Source: a virus
Virus record (IMG/VR): IMGVR_UViG_3300050343_000285
Coordinates: 130,788 to 194,787 of that record
Length of the DNA stretch: 64,000 nucleotides
Reading direction: 5' to 3' (one strand)
Shown here: positions 31,476 through 41,377 of the stretch, piece after piece
How positions within the stretch are numbered: position 1 is the first letter of the stretch
Layout: the number at the start of each line of letters is the position of its first letter
Position numbers and translations under genes: made by a program
Notes under the pieces: model-generated
Told to the model about the DNA's origin: nothing
The model's input: the letters and a program-made list of their open reading frames with translations, nothing else
Databases searched by the model: none

Positions 31476-32370
31476 TATAACTGCTCCACTATCCTTTAAT
31501 TTAAATTTAGGTTCCCAGTTTAAAAGTTTCTTAGCTACTGTTATATCAGCCAAAGTTAGATTGTGGTTCTATTCTCTTTTCTCCATATTTTTTATCTTCA
31601 CCAAACATATCTGCTATTTCATTTACCGAATAATTTTGACCACTAACCTATATTTATAGGATCACCTAGTCTATTTGCACAACTCATAGCTAATAATATT
31701 TGCAGAAATAACATCAAATACATGAACAAAATCTCTTTTTTGCTTACCATCATTTACTATGTTTAGTGGCTTCTTTCTATTATAAGATTCAAAGAATATA
31801 CTTAGAACACTCCTGTATGCTCCTACCTCTGGTCATTCTACATCCATAGACATTAAAATATCTTAGACATACAGTTTCTATATCATATATTTTAGAATAT
31901 AATCTGCAATACTGCTCACCCTGATATTTATTCAGAGCGTAAGGACTTAAAGGCTTTATGCTTTCATTTTCATTTGTAGGAATTGTAGTAGCGTCACCGT
32001 AACATGAACAAGAACCACTATAAACAAACTTTATAGAATTGTTTTCTTGCCACCTCTAACATTTTAAAATTGTAGAAATTAAATTTGCATTCAGAGTGCC
32101 TATAGGATTTTCTATAGAATGTTGTACGTTAGGTAATGCTGCCATGTGAAAGATACCGTTAGCATCTTTACAGATTCTATTTAGTTCTTGAGGTAAAGCC
32201 ATAGCAATATCTTTGTATATGTAAAAGATTCACGGGCTTTTTCAGATAGATTATCTATATTACCAGTAGAAAGATTATCTAAAATTATAACCTCATGATC
32301 TTCAGATCAATAATTTATCAACTAAATTTGAGCCAATAAACCCCGCACCACCTGTTACAACATATTTCAT
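31475..32370 (-). CDS. NAD-dependent epimerase/dehydratase (UDP-glucose 4-epimerase-like), frameshifted
   Basis: MKYVVTGGAGFIGSNLV, FHMAALP, YALNKYQGEQY (YxxxK), LRYFNVYG, RDFVHV, TLADI. Confidence 0.85.
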
Positions 32371-32383
32371 TAAAACATAATCC

Positions 32384-32933
32384 TCACTAGGCAATAAACT
32401 ACAGAACAATAACATTGATATTCATGGCGCAGTATGGACATTCTGGCCCCGGTTCTTCAAAACCCCAAGCATTACAGTAGGGAGAAAAACTTTCTTTACC
32501 TGTATCTATACATACTAATATATTATTTAATATAACCAATATTTGTCCAATGACAATCCCAAAATTTTAATCCTGTTTTTTCTTTTATCTCATCTACTAA
32601 GATCTTGTAGTTTTACATAAGGCGTTTCGTCTATATCTAACAATATAGCTTTTTCTGTAACATAGCCCCAAGAGGTCACAGTTTCCTTCTGGAGTCCAAT
32701 ATTTTAAAAGTTCTGGGTCGAAGGAGTATGGAATTTTACACAGGTCTGTGGCGACCCTCGGAGCAAGATCAAATGCGGCTAATTTTAGCTGATTACTCTA
32801 GAGATTCTGATGCTCTGTTTTTTGTCTTAAAACTTTTAAATCCTAGATTATTTTCTCCTCTGATGGGCATAAAGTCACAATACCCACCAGAGTCACACCA
32901 ACTCATATCAACCAAATAATCGTTATTTACCAT
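32384..32933 (-). CDS. protein kinase-like (APH/RIO-type fold) protein, frameshifted
   Basis: Hand translation: GFKSF, LAPRV, WGYVTEK, KFWDCHWTNIG (DxHxxN catalytic loop), VCIDTG (DFG-like). Confidence 0.5.
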
Positions 32934-33147
32934 TTACATTCCTGTATTCTTCATCAGTCCACATTTTGTAGACCAAATAAAAATCTCTAGGTTTCCATTG
33001 TCTAACTTTTTCCATATCGGATACTTCTCCCCTTGGAACAGAGAGAAGCATTACTAGATATACAAAAATTAACCCAATAATAATCCAACAACTTTTATCT
33101 TTAATTAGTCTCTCCACCCGCCCTAGTAAGTAAAGCAGCAAAGACAC
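32923..33147 (-). CDS. small membrane protein
   Basis: One hydrophobic segment; start uncertain. Confidence 0.5.
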   Translation of the reverse strand: MSLLLYLLGRVERLIKDKSCWIIIGLIFVYLVMLLSVPRGEVSDMEKVRQWKPRDFYLVYKMWTDEEYRNVNGK

Positions 33148-34066
33148 TCAGGTCAACATTCTCATTAATAGTTCTGACAGAACCATCAGCATAACAAGCA
33201 TTCATAATACCGGGATGAAAACTAAATGCTTCACCATTATTAGTCACTCCAAAAGGAATATTACCAGCACAATTCTTACACTTGTCTCCATTACTATCCA
33301 TGCCATCTAACTTAAATGGCCCAACACTATCTGCCCACCCAATACACTGATTAGTAGCACCAGTAGGAGTTGAGCCATTATTAGTGTCTGCCTTATAAGT
33401 ATCGGGCCTACTTCCACACTCCACAATTAATAAAGTGTTAGAAAACCCATCTCTTATATGAGCATCTCTAGTTACTGCATCTTTTATCAGGCAACCTTCA
33501 TTCCTGTCTTTTGCTGCGTAAATATCAGAAGTAGCAGGAAATACTTTACTCTTAATGCCTGTAAATGTCTCGTAGTCTGTATAACCAAGATTATTAGGAT
33601 TCATAGTTGTAGCGGCACTATCGTCATCTCTAGTAGGGCCATCCACGCTAGCATAACCACCATTAGGAGGCATAGCAGAAGGACATTTAAATACGGATAA
33701 GTTTGCACCTAATACTGTAGTATTTTGTTCCCACCAATGTTTACTAAAATCATATTGATCTGCTATCGCTCCTTGTTCCATCTGCGATAGTAGTGAGGCT
33801 CTCCAACTATGCTCTGTACCTGAACGATTACCAGTGGTAGATTTACCAGCAGAATCAATCGTCCAAGAAGCAGCGGGAAAGTATCTTTGTGAGTCCATGC
33901 TTGTATGTGCTGCTAAACCTTGTTGTTTTAAATTATTAGCACATGACATCCTCCTCGCTGCTTCTCTGGCAGATTGAACAGCAGGTAATAATAATCCTAC
34001 TAAAACACCTATAATTGCAATAACAACTAATAATTCGATCAGTGTGAATCCGGTTTTTTTGCTCAT
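33101..34066 (-). CDS. DUF1559 prepilin-type N-terminal cleavage/methylation protein (planctomycete type)
   Basis: G/FTLIELLVVIAIIGVLVGLLLPAVQSAREAARRMSCANNLKQ and C-terminal H-X9-DG (HPGIMNACYADGSV). Confidence 0.95.
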   Translation of the reverse strand: MSKKTGFTLIELLVVIAIIGVLVGLLLPAVQSAREAARRMSCANNLKQQGLAAHTSMDSQRYFPAASWTIDSAGKSTTGNRSGTEHSWRASLLSQMEQGAIADQYDFSKHWWEQNTTVLGANLSVFKCPSAMPPNGGYASVDGPTRDDDSAATTMNPNNLGYTDYETFTGIKSKVFPATSDIYAAKDRNEGCLIKDAVTRDAHIRDGFSNTLLIVECGSRPDTYKADTNNGSTPTGATNQCIGWADSVGPFKLDGMDSNGDKCKNCAGNIPFGVTNNGEAFSFHPGIMNACYADGSVRTINENVDLSVFAALLTRAGGETN

Positions 34067-34179
34067 GTTTTTGCCTTAAAATAATAAATGGGACAATAGG
34101 TAGAATACTCACATTGAGTACATTTAATAATTTATTATACTCATTTCGGCAGTGTATAAATGTTAGAAGTTTGTTAGCA

Positions 34180-35214
34180 TTATTTATTCTCAAATAACCA
34201 TCTATTATTCTTTAAAGTCCAATCTACTACTTCTGAAAGCCTATCTTTAACAGGGTTCGGTTTCCATCCCATTTGTTCCATTTTACTACCATCTAAAGCA
34301 TAACGCAAGTCATGCCCCGGTCTAGCACTATGGAAATCTACCATTTCATAAATTAATTCTTTATTTTGGCAACCTGCAATAATTTTAGCCAGTTGCAGAT
34401 TGTTTAATTCTTCTGCTCCAACAATATTAAATTTATGGCATTTAGCACCACCAAAATCATTATTCTTTAATTTAGACTCGTCGTAGTTCATTAGAAACCA
34501 TACAGCATCAGCAACATCTTTTGCATGAATATAATGTCTTGATCCCGCTTTGGTTTTCTCTGCATTGCTATGTATAGTCACTTTTTGTTTATCCCTACTT
34601 TTTTTTATACACATAGGTATAAATTTTTCTGGATGCTGTCTTTCGCCAAATACATTCATAGTATGAGTTATATAGCATGGTAATCCATAGGTATTTTCAT
34701 AAGAGACTACAAGTTCTTCTCCACCTGCTTTGCTCGCACTATAAGGATTTGTAGAATTATATCTATCGTTTTCTTTGTATTTTATACCTTCTGGTGCAGG
34801 GCCGAAGATTTCGTCAGTAGAAAAATAAATAAATCTTTTAAGATTTTCACATTTTCTAGCATAATCTAAAATATTTACTGTACCTACAACATTATCTAAT
34901 ACAAAATCCATAGGATTTTCAATACTTCTATCTACATGACTACCAGCCGCCATATGTGCAATATAATTAATATCGCCTAAACTAGAAACTATCTGAGAGT
35001 TAATTTCTGCTTTTAGATCATGGAATATAGTTTTGACCCTATGCCTATTAGACCCTTGCAAATGATTTGTAACTTCGTGTAGCCTATTAAGGTTCCCACT
35101 ATAGTCTAGTCTGTCTAAAGTTAAGACATTATAATCAGTGTTTTGCAACAAGTATTCGATAAAGTGATGAGCAATAAATCCAGCACCACCAGTAATTAGT
35201 ATATTTTTTCTCAT
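34180..35214 (-). CDS. rfbB: dTDP-glucose 4,6-dehydratase
   Basis: TGGAGFI, AAGSHVDRSI, FSTDE, YSASK, FGERQHPEKFIP, RPGHDLRY. Confidence 0.9.
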   Translation of the reverse strand: MRKNILITGGAGFIAHHFIEYLLQNTDYNVLTLDRLDYSGNLNRLHEVTNHLQGSNRHRVKTIFHDLKAEINSQIVSSLGDINYIAHMAAGSHVDRSIENPMDFVLDNVVGTVNILDYARKCENLKRFIYFSTDEIFGPAPEGIKYKENDRYNSTNPYSASKAGGEELVVSYENTYGLPCYITHTMNVFGERQHPEKFIPMCIKKSRDKQKVTIHSNAEKTKAGSRHYIHAKDVADAVWFLMNYDESKLKNNDFGGAKCHKFNIVGAEELNNLQLAKIIAGCQNKELIYEMVDFHSARPGHDLRYALDGSKMEQMGWKPNPVKDRLSEVVDWTLKNNRWLFENK

Positions 35215-35219
35215 AATTT

Positions 35220-35537
35220 TTAAAATGAATAGATATAAACTGGAACCCCTGTAAGTTCTTGTATAAAAGTAGATGCATCTTTTGGATTATAAAAATCGCC
35301 TATTGCTTTTTTTGTTTTATTTTTATTCTTGTAAACACCAAATACTCTATAAAAAGGTTGATCTATAGAGAGTTCATCAGCATTTAAAAATTCTTCTGCT
35401 GTTCTTACTTCTTCTATTATAGTACCTCCTTCATAATCAGAAATTTCTCTACAGGTAATAATTTCAAAACCCTTAAAGTATGAGTCTTTATATGGATTTA
35501 AAGTGTAAGAATTAATTAATTTGCCGTCAAAACTCAT
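35220..35537 (-). CDS. hypothetical protein
   Basis: 105 aa ORF with AAGGA Shine-Dalgarno. Confidence 0.7.
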   Translation of the reverse strand: MSFDGKLINSYTLNPYKDSYFKGFEIITCREISDYEGGTIIEEVRTAEEFLNADELSIDQPFYRVFGVYKNKNKTKKAIGDFYNPKDASTFIQELTGVPVYIYSF

Positions 35538-35570
35538 GGATGATCCTTAAATGTTAGATTGATTAATAAG

Positions 35571-35643
35571 TAGGGCAGGCGGGAGTCGAACCCGCACTGT
35601 ATGGATTTTAAGTCCATTGTCTCTGCCTTTGGACTACTACCCC
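35571..35643 (-). tRNA. tRNA-Leu(TAA), short variable arm, CCA not encoded
   Basis: 73 nt cloverleaf: GGGGTAG/CTGCCCT acceptor, ATGGA-CTTAAAA-TCCAT anticodon arm, GCGGG-TTCGACT-CCCGC T arm, discriminator A. Confidence 0.95.
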
Positions 35644-35651
35644 TCATTTAT

Positions 35652-35936
35652 TTACATACTGTTATGATGGGTTTTAAGTCTGTTAACAATTTCTACCATA
35701 TTGTCAGTATTATCTTCTGTTTTTTTTCTTTGTTTTCTGTCCATTTCTGGCAATTCTATATCTCTTTGCAGTAATATTTTTTTTACTCTAAGATATCTCG
35801 CTACCGTGGATGGTAATTTCTGACCAGTTTTTTCTGATATTTCAGCATATGTTTTGCTGGAATAAACTGCTTTTAAAAATTGCTCATCGCTACATCTAAC
35901 TCTTTGTTGTTTTTGAGTCATAATTACTTTTCCCAT
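35652..35936 (-). CDS. hypothetical protein, possible HTH
   Basis: TYAEISEKTGQKLPSTVAR helical pattern; follows promoter at 35986. Confidence 0.55.
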   Translation of the reverse strand: MGKVIMTQKQQRVRCSDEQFLKAVYSSKTYAEISEKTGQKLPSTVARYLRVKKILLQRDIELPEMDRKQRKKTEDNTDNMVEIVNRLKTHHNSM

Positions 35937-35985
35937 ATCTTCTCCAATTTATAATTAATGCAAATCTAATTCCGTAACTTAACAG

Positions 35986-36014
35986 ATTATACAATACAGT
36001 ATCGTCTATGTCAA
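35986..36014 (-). promoter_or_regulatory. sigma70-type early promoter
   Basis: TTGACA-tagacgatactgtattg(17)-TATAAT, perfect consensus with extended TG. Confidence 0.9.
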
Positions 36015-36030
36015 TAGTATAACTTTAATT

Positions 36031-36420
36031 TTATCCACCGAAGCAAACACACCAGTAAGGAGTATAATTATCTGAGTAAGCAAATCCGCAACCTATATCG
36101 GTAAAAGAGGTATTCATTATATTTCTTCGATGACCGGGACTCCATAACCAAGTTTTCATTACCGATTCTTCATCCTTTTGTCCGTATGCTATATTTTCAC
36201 CAATATACTTAAATCCTATTAATTTTATATCAGATAATTTACTATGTTTCAATCTTTCTTTTTTAGCCATCAATTCTGTATAATCTTGGGAATATCTCAT
36301 TAACTCTTCATTTATATTTAGATTATTAATAGCCCACATCCAAGAATTACTACCTCTAGCATCATTATGTAGTTGAACTAATTGTTTCATACTTGGGAAT
36401 CTAAAGTGTCTATTTCTCAT
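36031..36420 (-). CDS. CAP (SCP) domain protein
   Basis: HNDAR, GENIAYG, WLWSPGHRRNIM, DIGCG, YWCVCF. Confidence 0.9.
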   Translation of the reverse strand: MRNRHFRFPSMKQLVQLHNDARGSNSWMWAINNLNINEELMRYSQDYTELMAKKERLKHSKLSDIKLIGFKYIGENIAYGQKDEESVMKTWLWSPGHRRNIMNTSFTDIGCGFAYSDNYTPYWCVCFGG

Positions 36421-37223
36421 CTTAAAAATACTCCGTTAAATTCTTGATGAATAAATTTCCTCATACCATTACAATCTTTATGTGCTTGCAAATTGTGTAT
36501 AATATCATTCTGGTTATTTGAACGAAATATATCTTTACCTTCAAAGAAAACCTTTTCTGCTTTATTGAGAAATAATATCATACAATTTTTAAAATTATGA
36601 TTTTCTTGCCAATAATTACTATCTATTTCTTTAATAGCCATAGATAATGCTATACAATATACGCTAAATTCTAAAGAACCAGAAACATTATCAAAATTTG
36701 TTTTAATATTAACGCCTTGATTATGATCGTCTACACTTGATTCTGCACCACCAATATAAGCACTCCATTCATCAACGGGGTATAAAGCCACACTATTCCA
36801 TGATTTTTTTTGAGACACAAAATATAAATTGTATCTATACCCTTTGACCGATTGGGGTATGTACGGAATAATATCATTCATTGTTATATTAGGTTCTTGA
36901 ATCCAGACGGCTCTACCATGACCTACAAAAAATGCCCTATAACCTTTTCTTAAATTACTTATGGCATTATTAATTCCATGTATAGTTTCATGAACATTAG
37001 TACTTCTACCGTGTTTATTGCCAAAAGGTTTAGCAAAATAAGATATTGCTTGATTATATACCGAATCTTTTTTTAAATTCTTCTTATCTTCTAATTCAAA
37101 AATATTTAATTCGATAGGGGTTGATCTAAATCCTTCTGGTATTTTAATAGATTTAATGGTTTGCGCTTCTGTATATACATTGAAATATAAAAGAGCAAAA
37201 ATTAAAGCAGACCATTTAGCCAT
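36417..37223 (-). CDS. secreted hypothetical protein, possible zinc-binding HExxH
   Basis: Signal-like N-terminus; VHETIHG and later DEWSAY. Confidence 0.5.
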   Translation of the reverse strand: MAKWSALIFALLYFNVYTEAQTIKSIKIPEGFRSTPIELNIFELEDKKNLKKDSVYNQAISYFAKPFGNKHGRSTNVHETIHGINNAISNLRKGYRAFFVGHGRAVWIQEPNITMNDIIPYIPQSVKGYRYNLYFVSQKKSWNSVALYPVDEWSAYIGGAESSVDDHNQGVNIKTNFDNVSGSLEFSVYCIALSMAIKEIDSNYWQENHNFKNCMILFLNKAEKVFFEGKDIFRSNNQNDIIHNLQAHKDCNGMRKFIHQEFNGVFLR

Positions 37224-37675
37224 AAGTCGTATCCTTTTTTACTATATCCAATCTTCCTGTTGTTTTCTTTTCCCTTTTTAATGAAAACTGATGTTGGTAA
37301 ACTTCTAGGCTTGAAACGAGATATTATATTTTTATTGTTTTTATTATCAGTATCAATAAAACAAATAATAAATTTTTGTATTTTTAATACTTTGATATCT
37401 TTTTTTAAATCTTGACAATAAGGACACCAATCAGCACCAAATACAACAATCATGTTCATGTCATACTTACTAGATAATTCTGTGGCTTTACTAAAATCGT
37501 CATAGATAAAGTTTGTTTTTAATTTATCTGGTATGATAGTAGGTACAATGGGATCGACAATAGGATTAACGATAGGGTTATTGTCAATAGATATATCTGC
37601 ACTATTACATCTATTTATAGATATACCAATAAGAATTAATAATATAATATATAGATATTTTTGAGAGAACATCAC
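37202..37675 (-). CDS. exported thioredoxin-fold protein
   Basis: Hydrophobic N-terminus; FGADWCPYC, cis-Pro SLPT. Confidence 0.85.
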   Translation of the reverse strand: MMFSQKYLYIILLILIGISINRCNSADISIDNNPIVNPIVDPIVPTIIPDKLKTNFIYDDFSKATELSSKYDMNMIVVFGADWCPYCQDLKKDIKVLKIQKFIICFIDTDNKNNKNIISRFKPRSLPTSVFIKKGKENNRKIGYSKKGYDLWLNGLL

Positions 37676-37679
37676 ACAC

Positions 37680-37862
37680 CTATGTTTTATTAGGCAAAAT
37701 TATTCCTAAAAAGAGATACACCCAGAATAGAACACTGAAACTAGCAAATACTCCTAGAACCATTAATAGTCTAATAATTCTAACATCTATACCAATGTTT
37801 TCAGATATCCCGGCACAAACACCAAATATCATACCCTTTTCTTTATTTTTAAATAATTTCAT
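37680..37862 (-). CDS. pspC: PspC domain membrane protein
   Basis: GMIFGVCAGISE..GID...IR...YLFLGIILP. Confidence 0.85.
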   Translation of the reverse strand: MKLFKNKEKGMIFGVCAGISENIGIDVRIIRLLMVLGVFASFSVLFWVYLFLGIILPNKT

Positions 37863-37962
37863 ATTTTAGACCTGTTTGCTATTTTGACGAACGTATAAAC
37901 TACTAATAAATCTATCGCAACTACTATCCACCATACACTCAATACATCTAATAGTCCATGAT

Positions 37963-38820
37963 TCATTTTTTTTCCTTAATTTTATTTAAATTAATAATTG
38001 TTTGAATAATATCATTATTAAACACATCTTCTTTATTAACTGAATTATAGTTACTCTTATTATACACCTTTTTAACATTAACGCCACCACCTCTTAACAT
38101 TTTATGATTGAAGTCTTCGATACTTCTTGTATAGTAATGATTTATTCTTATTTTTTCATTAATCGTCGTTTTTATTGATAAATTTTTGATATATTTTTGA
38201 AAGGCTAAAGGATTAGTCCAATATTTTTCGACATTAGTATGTGTTACATCAACACTACCATTCAATGTTGGTAGATAATGAGAAGTCCAATGTGTTGCAG
38301 AATGATCATATTTCTTAGGATTAATAAAACATTTAATGTGTTTATTAAATTTATTTAAATTTGGACAAGACTGTGTGTAACTATTTATAGTGCTTGTTTG
38401 TTTGGTTTTATGTTTATTGGAACCAAAGGCTAACCAATACAAACATAGCCCATCATATTCTATAAATTCTTTTAAGTAATCTTTAATTTTTACTGAATCA
38501 TTTAATAAAACGATGTACTCATCTATATCTAAAAAGCCTATCCATCTAAAATGCGAATACTTATTAACACAGTGAATCTGTGATCTAATCTGAGTTCCTC
38601 TTGTGTTATCTGACCAATCAATAACTTCAACATTACTGTATTCTGATAATATTTTTTTAAGAGATATGTGACTGTTGTTATCATATAATATAAAGTGATC
38701 AACACCAATATTAGAGTGATATTCCAACCATTCTTTTATGTATTCTTCTTCGTTTTTACAGATTGCTGATATCGCTACGTTGTTATTTTTTGTCTTCTTT
38801 TTTTCTAAAAATTCTTTCAT
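37963..38820 (-). CDS. GT92/GT2-like glycosyltransferase
   Basis: KNEEEYIKEWLEYH..IGVDHFILYDN, FLDIDEY, RINHY.TRS. Confidence 0.85.
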   Translation of the reverse strand: MKEFLEKKKTKNNNVAISAICKNEEEYIKEWLEYHSNIGVDHFILYDNNSHISLKKILSEYSNVEVIDWSDNTRGTQIRSQIHCVNKYSHFRWIGFLDIDEYIVLLNDSVKIKDYLKEFIEYDGLCLYWLAFGSNKHKTKQTSTINSYTQSCPNLNKFNKHIKCFINPKKYDHSATHWTSHYLPTLNGSVDVTHTNVEKYWTNPLAFQKYIKNLSIKTTINEKIRINHYYTRSIEDFNHKMLRGGGVNVKKVYNKSNYNSVNKEDVFNNDIIQTIINLNKIKEKK

Positions 38821-38890
38821 AGTTCTCTATCCACTTTTTCATGGTAATACTCTTAGGTCTAGTACTATCGCCTTTACCATTTTCACTCAT
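38783..38890 (-). CDS. small conserved phage protein (GKG..RP...NYERIF type)
   Basis: Hand translation MSENGKGDSTRPKSITMKKWIENYERIFRKKEDKK*. Confidence 0.6.
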   Translation of the reverse strand: MSENGKGDSTRPKSITMKKWIENYERIFRKKEDKK

Positions 38891-38936
38891 TTTTAATCCT
38901 TTCTTTTTCTATATAATAACCATAAGCATTTTCTAT

Positions 38937-39644
38937 CTATACTTCTAGAACATAACTCCAATACCTGCTATCTTCTTTGTCCTGTAATTTATCCCAGTAT
39001 ACACAGCGGGCGATATAGGATGGTACTTTAAGTTTACCACAATTTACGCTCCAATGCTGTTCCATCTTCTTATACTTTTCAAACCCTGTTTTGCTTTTGT
39101 ATGTTAGGTCTTGCATACCATATAGTCTAAGTTGATGAACATCTCCGCATAATACACGAGCCTCATTTGGATGAATCATTTCTAGAGCAAAACTTACTTT
39201 CGCCGTTCCAAGTCCTGTTATTCTATTAACAATCTCATCTCGTTTTTTTACATGATACTTTTTTGTAGTTAGGTAGAAGTCTGTAGGTTTGGCCCAGAAT
39301 TGTGTTGCAAAATCCCATATGTATTTTGTACGATTATTATGTAGACCTACTTTTGAGTTGGCTAGTTTATCTAAGAGTGTTTCTTTGTTGTCGATCCATT
39401 CTTCATATTGCTTGATGGCTTCATAGCCACGGCAATTCCCTTGCCAACTTGTATGAACAGAACAGTAAGCAAACAAATAACGCCTAAAAATATCGCCATG
39501 ATTCTGTGGTCGTACACTTTCCCAGTACTCCTTATAGTTTTGAATTTTGTCTCTAGGAAATGTTTTAAAAAATTCATCAGCACGATTCCGACAATATGTG
39601 GTTTGTTTTTCAGTTTTTTCCAAAGTAGCCATAGTAGTCTCCAA
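38937..39644 (-). CDS. HhH-GPD superfamily DNA glycosylase-like protein
   Basis: ITGLGTAKVSFAL (HhH) followed by GDVH. Confidence 0.7.
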   Translation of the reverse strand: METTMATLEKTEKQTTYCRNRADEFFKTFPRDKIQNYKEYWESVRPQNHGDIFRRYLFAYCSVHTSWQGNCRGYEAIKQYEEWIDNKETLLDKLANSKVGLHNNRTKYIWDFATQFWAKPTDFYLTTKKYHVKKRDEIVNRITGLGTAKVSFALEMIHPNEARVLCGDVHQLRLYGMQDLTYKSKTGFEKYKKMEQHWSVNCGKLKVPSYIARCVYWDKLQDKEDSRYWSYVLEV

Positions 39645-39668
39645 GATTGAGTTTCTGTGATGCTCTCA

Positions 39669-39697
39669 AGTATATACTATGTTTATCGACTTGTCAA
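39669..39697 (-). promoter_or_regulatory. sigma70-type early promoter
   Basis: TTGACA-agtcgataaacatagta(17)-TATACT. Confidence 0.85.
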
Positions 39698-39707
39698 GAC
39701 AGTTTCT

Positions 39708-40533
39708 TTAATCTATTGTTAATTGATTTGGATTAAACCATTTATCCACCTCATCCATAGATTGAAAATCTTTTAAGAATACATCTTTGTTACTAAAATT
39801 GTCCTCTCTATTTAAAATACGAGATTGCTTGATAGTGCTTGGTTTTTTAAGAAGATATTTTTTTCCTATTATTTCTTGAAGTATAGACATACTATTGGGA
39901 TTATAAAGTTGTTCATATTTAATTAAATAATATTTTTTATTCTTATGCAATGTATGTTTAAAAAAATCAGTATAATATTCTCTATATTTTTCCACAAAGA
40001 ATGCATATTGTTCCTTATCCCAAGTTATTAACTTATCATATTTAATATTATATTTTTTGGTATTTTTCCATTGACCACTAATCATTGCTTTATTATGACT
40101 AATAAAAGCATCTATTATTGATTCTCTGTAATTAATTATGACTAGATCGGAAGAATCTACAAACTGCTCTATCCAACCTTCTTGGTATAATGCATTGATC
40201 ACAACTTTATGTACAAAATATTTATAATTTAATTGTTCTAAAATTTCTTGAACATCGTAAAACATTTGCATACTATAAGGGTTTATGGGCTTTCCAACAT
40301 TATAAACTGATAAATTATAAAATTGTTTCAAATAACGTAAATATTCCATATACGATTCAGTTAGTGGTATTTTATGTTTATAAAAAACTTCGTTTATTAT
40401 ATCTATTTGTTTTGGAGTATAAATATTGAAAAAACTCACCAGTACTAAGACAAGTCTTGTCTATGCTTTGAAAATGATCGGCTAGAAAAGTAGAACCTGT
40501 TCTAGCAGATGCTAATATACAAATTGTTTTCAT
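39708..40533 (-). CDS. Stf0-like sulfotransferase (homopolymer frameshift near 40432)
   Basis: True start MKTICILASARTGST at 40533 supplies the PAPS loop; joins the tracked ORF after removing one T. Confidence 0.75.
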
Positions 40534-40546
40534 AGTACATACCTAA

Positions 40547-41377
40547 CTACCATTGGAAATGATCATCTAATATTTTTACTAATTCATTATTAGATTCCAT
40601 ATAATATATTTTTAATTCGTTCAACATAGTATCTGTTATTTCATCTTCTACGCTAGCGAAATTTTCCCATATTTTAACATTGTTATACACGATATTTTCT
40701 GTAAACATATCTTCTATATTTAAGAAGTTACATATTAATTTTATAGTTTCATTATAGTCTTTTTTAAAATCATCATATTTAATAAATAATATTTTATTTC
40801 TAGATATATAATGTAAAATATTTTTTATATGTTTAGCGTAGTTACCGTTATTCAAAAACATCATTAACTTATTACTTTTTTGTGCTTCAAATATAGTTGT
40901 GTATATATCTGCACATCCATTCCAATATTGAATATTTTTTTGCCATATATCTGCCCATCTTATAGATTTTTTAAATTTTTCGTTTAGTTCTTCGTTATTT
41001 ATAATAATGTTAGCAGCACGAAAATGTTTATATTGCGATATAAATCTTTCTACTGGATTTCTAAGTACACAAATTATTTTTATGTTTTCTTGACAATTTT
41101 GTTTTATCAGTTTTGCTACTTCCCTGTTACTAAAATATGTAGTAGACGCTTCCATTCGATAGAAACAGTTATCAGGAGGGAACAAATCGTTGTAATAATT
41201 AAGTCCTTTACTAAAGTTTTGGGAAAAAAAGTATGGTTCTTTTAAAGAACAGCCAGATATAGATGAGTGTCGTTTCAATAAACTAAATAGTGAACTACTA
41301 CCTGTCTTTGGTGGAGATATTAAAAACAAATTACATTTTGCTTTAGTCATATTATTTTCCGCTTGAGTATATATCAA
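40547..41377 (-). CDS. sulfotransferase (Sulfotransfer_1, heparan 3-OST-like)
   Basis: PPKTGSSSL, KEPYFF, EASTTY, LRNPVERFISQY. Confidence 0.9.
   Translation of the reverse strand: MIYTQAENNMTKAKCNLFLISPPKTGSSSLFSLLKRHSSISGCSLKEPYFFSQNFSKGLNYYNDLFPPDNCFYRMEASTTYFSNREVAKLIKQNCQENIKIICVLRNPVERFISQYKHFRAANIIINNEELNEKFKKSIRWADIWQKNIQYWNGCADIYTTIFEAQKSNKLMMFLNNGNYAKHIKNILHYISRNKILFIKYDDFKKDYNETIKLICNFLNIEDMFTENIVYNNVKIWENFASVEDEITDTMLNELKIYYMESNNELVKILDDHFQW

Noticed and set aside
34106-34120. Small inverted repeat TACTC-ACATT-GAGTA in the DUF1559 leader
   Set aside because: A 5-bp AT-rich stem is expected by chance; no other copy seen.
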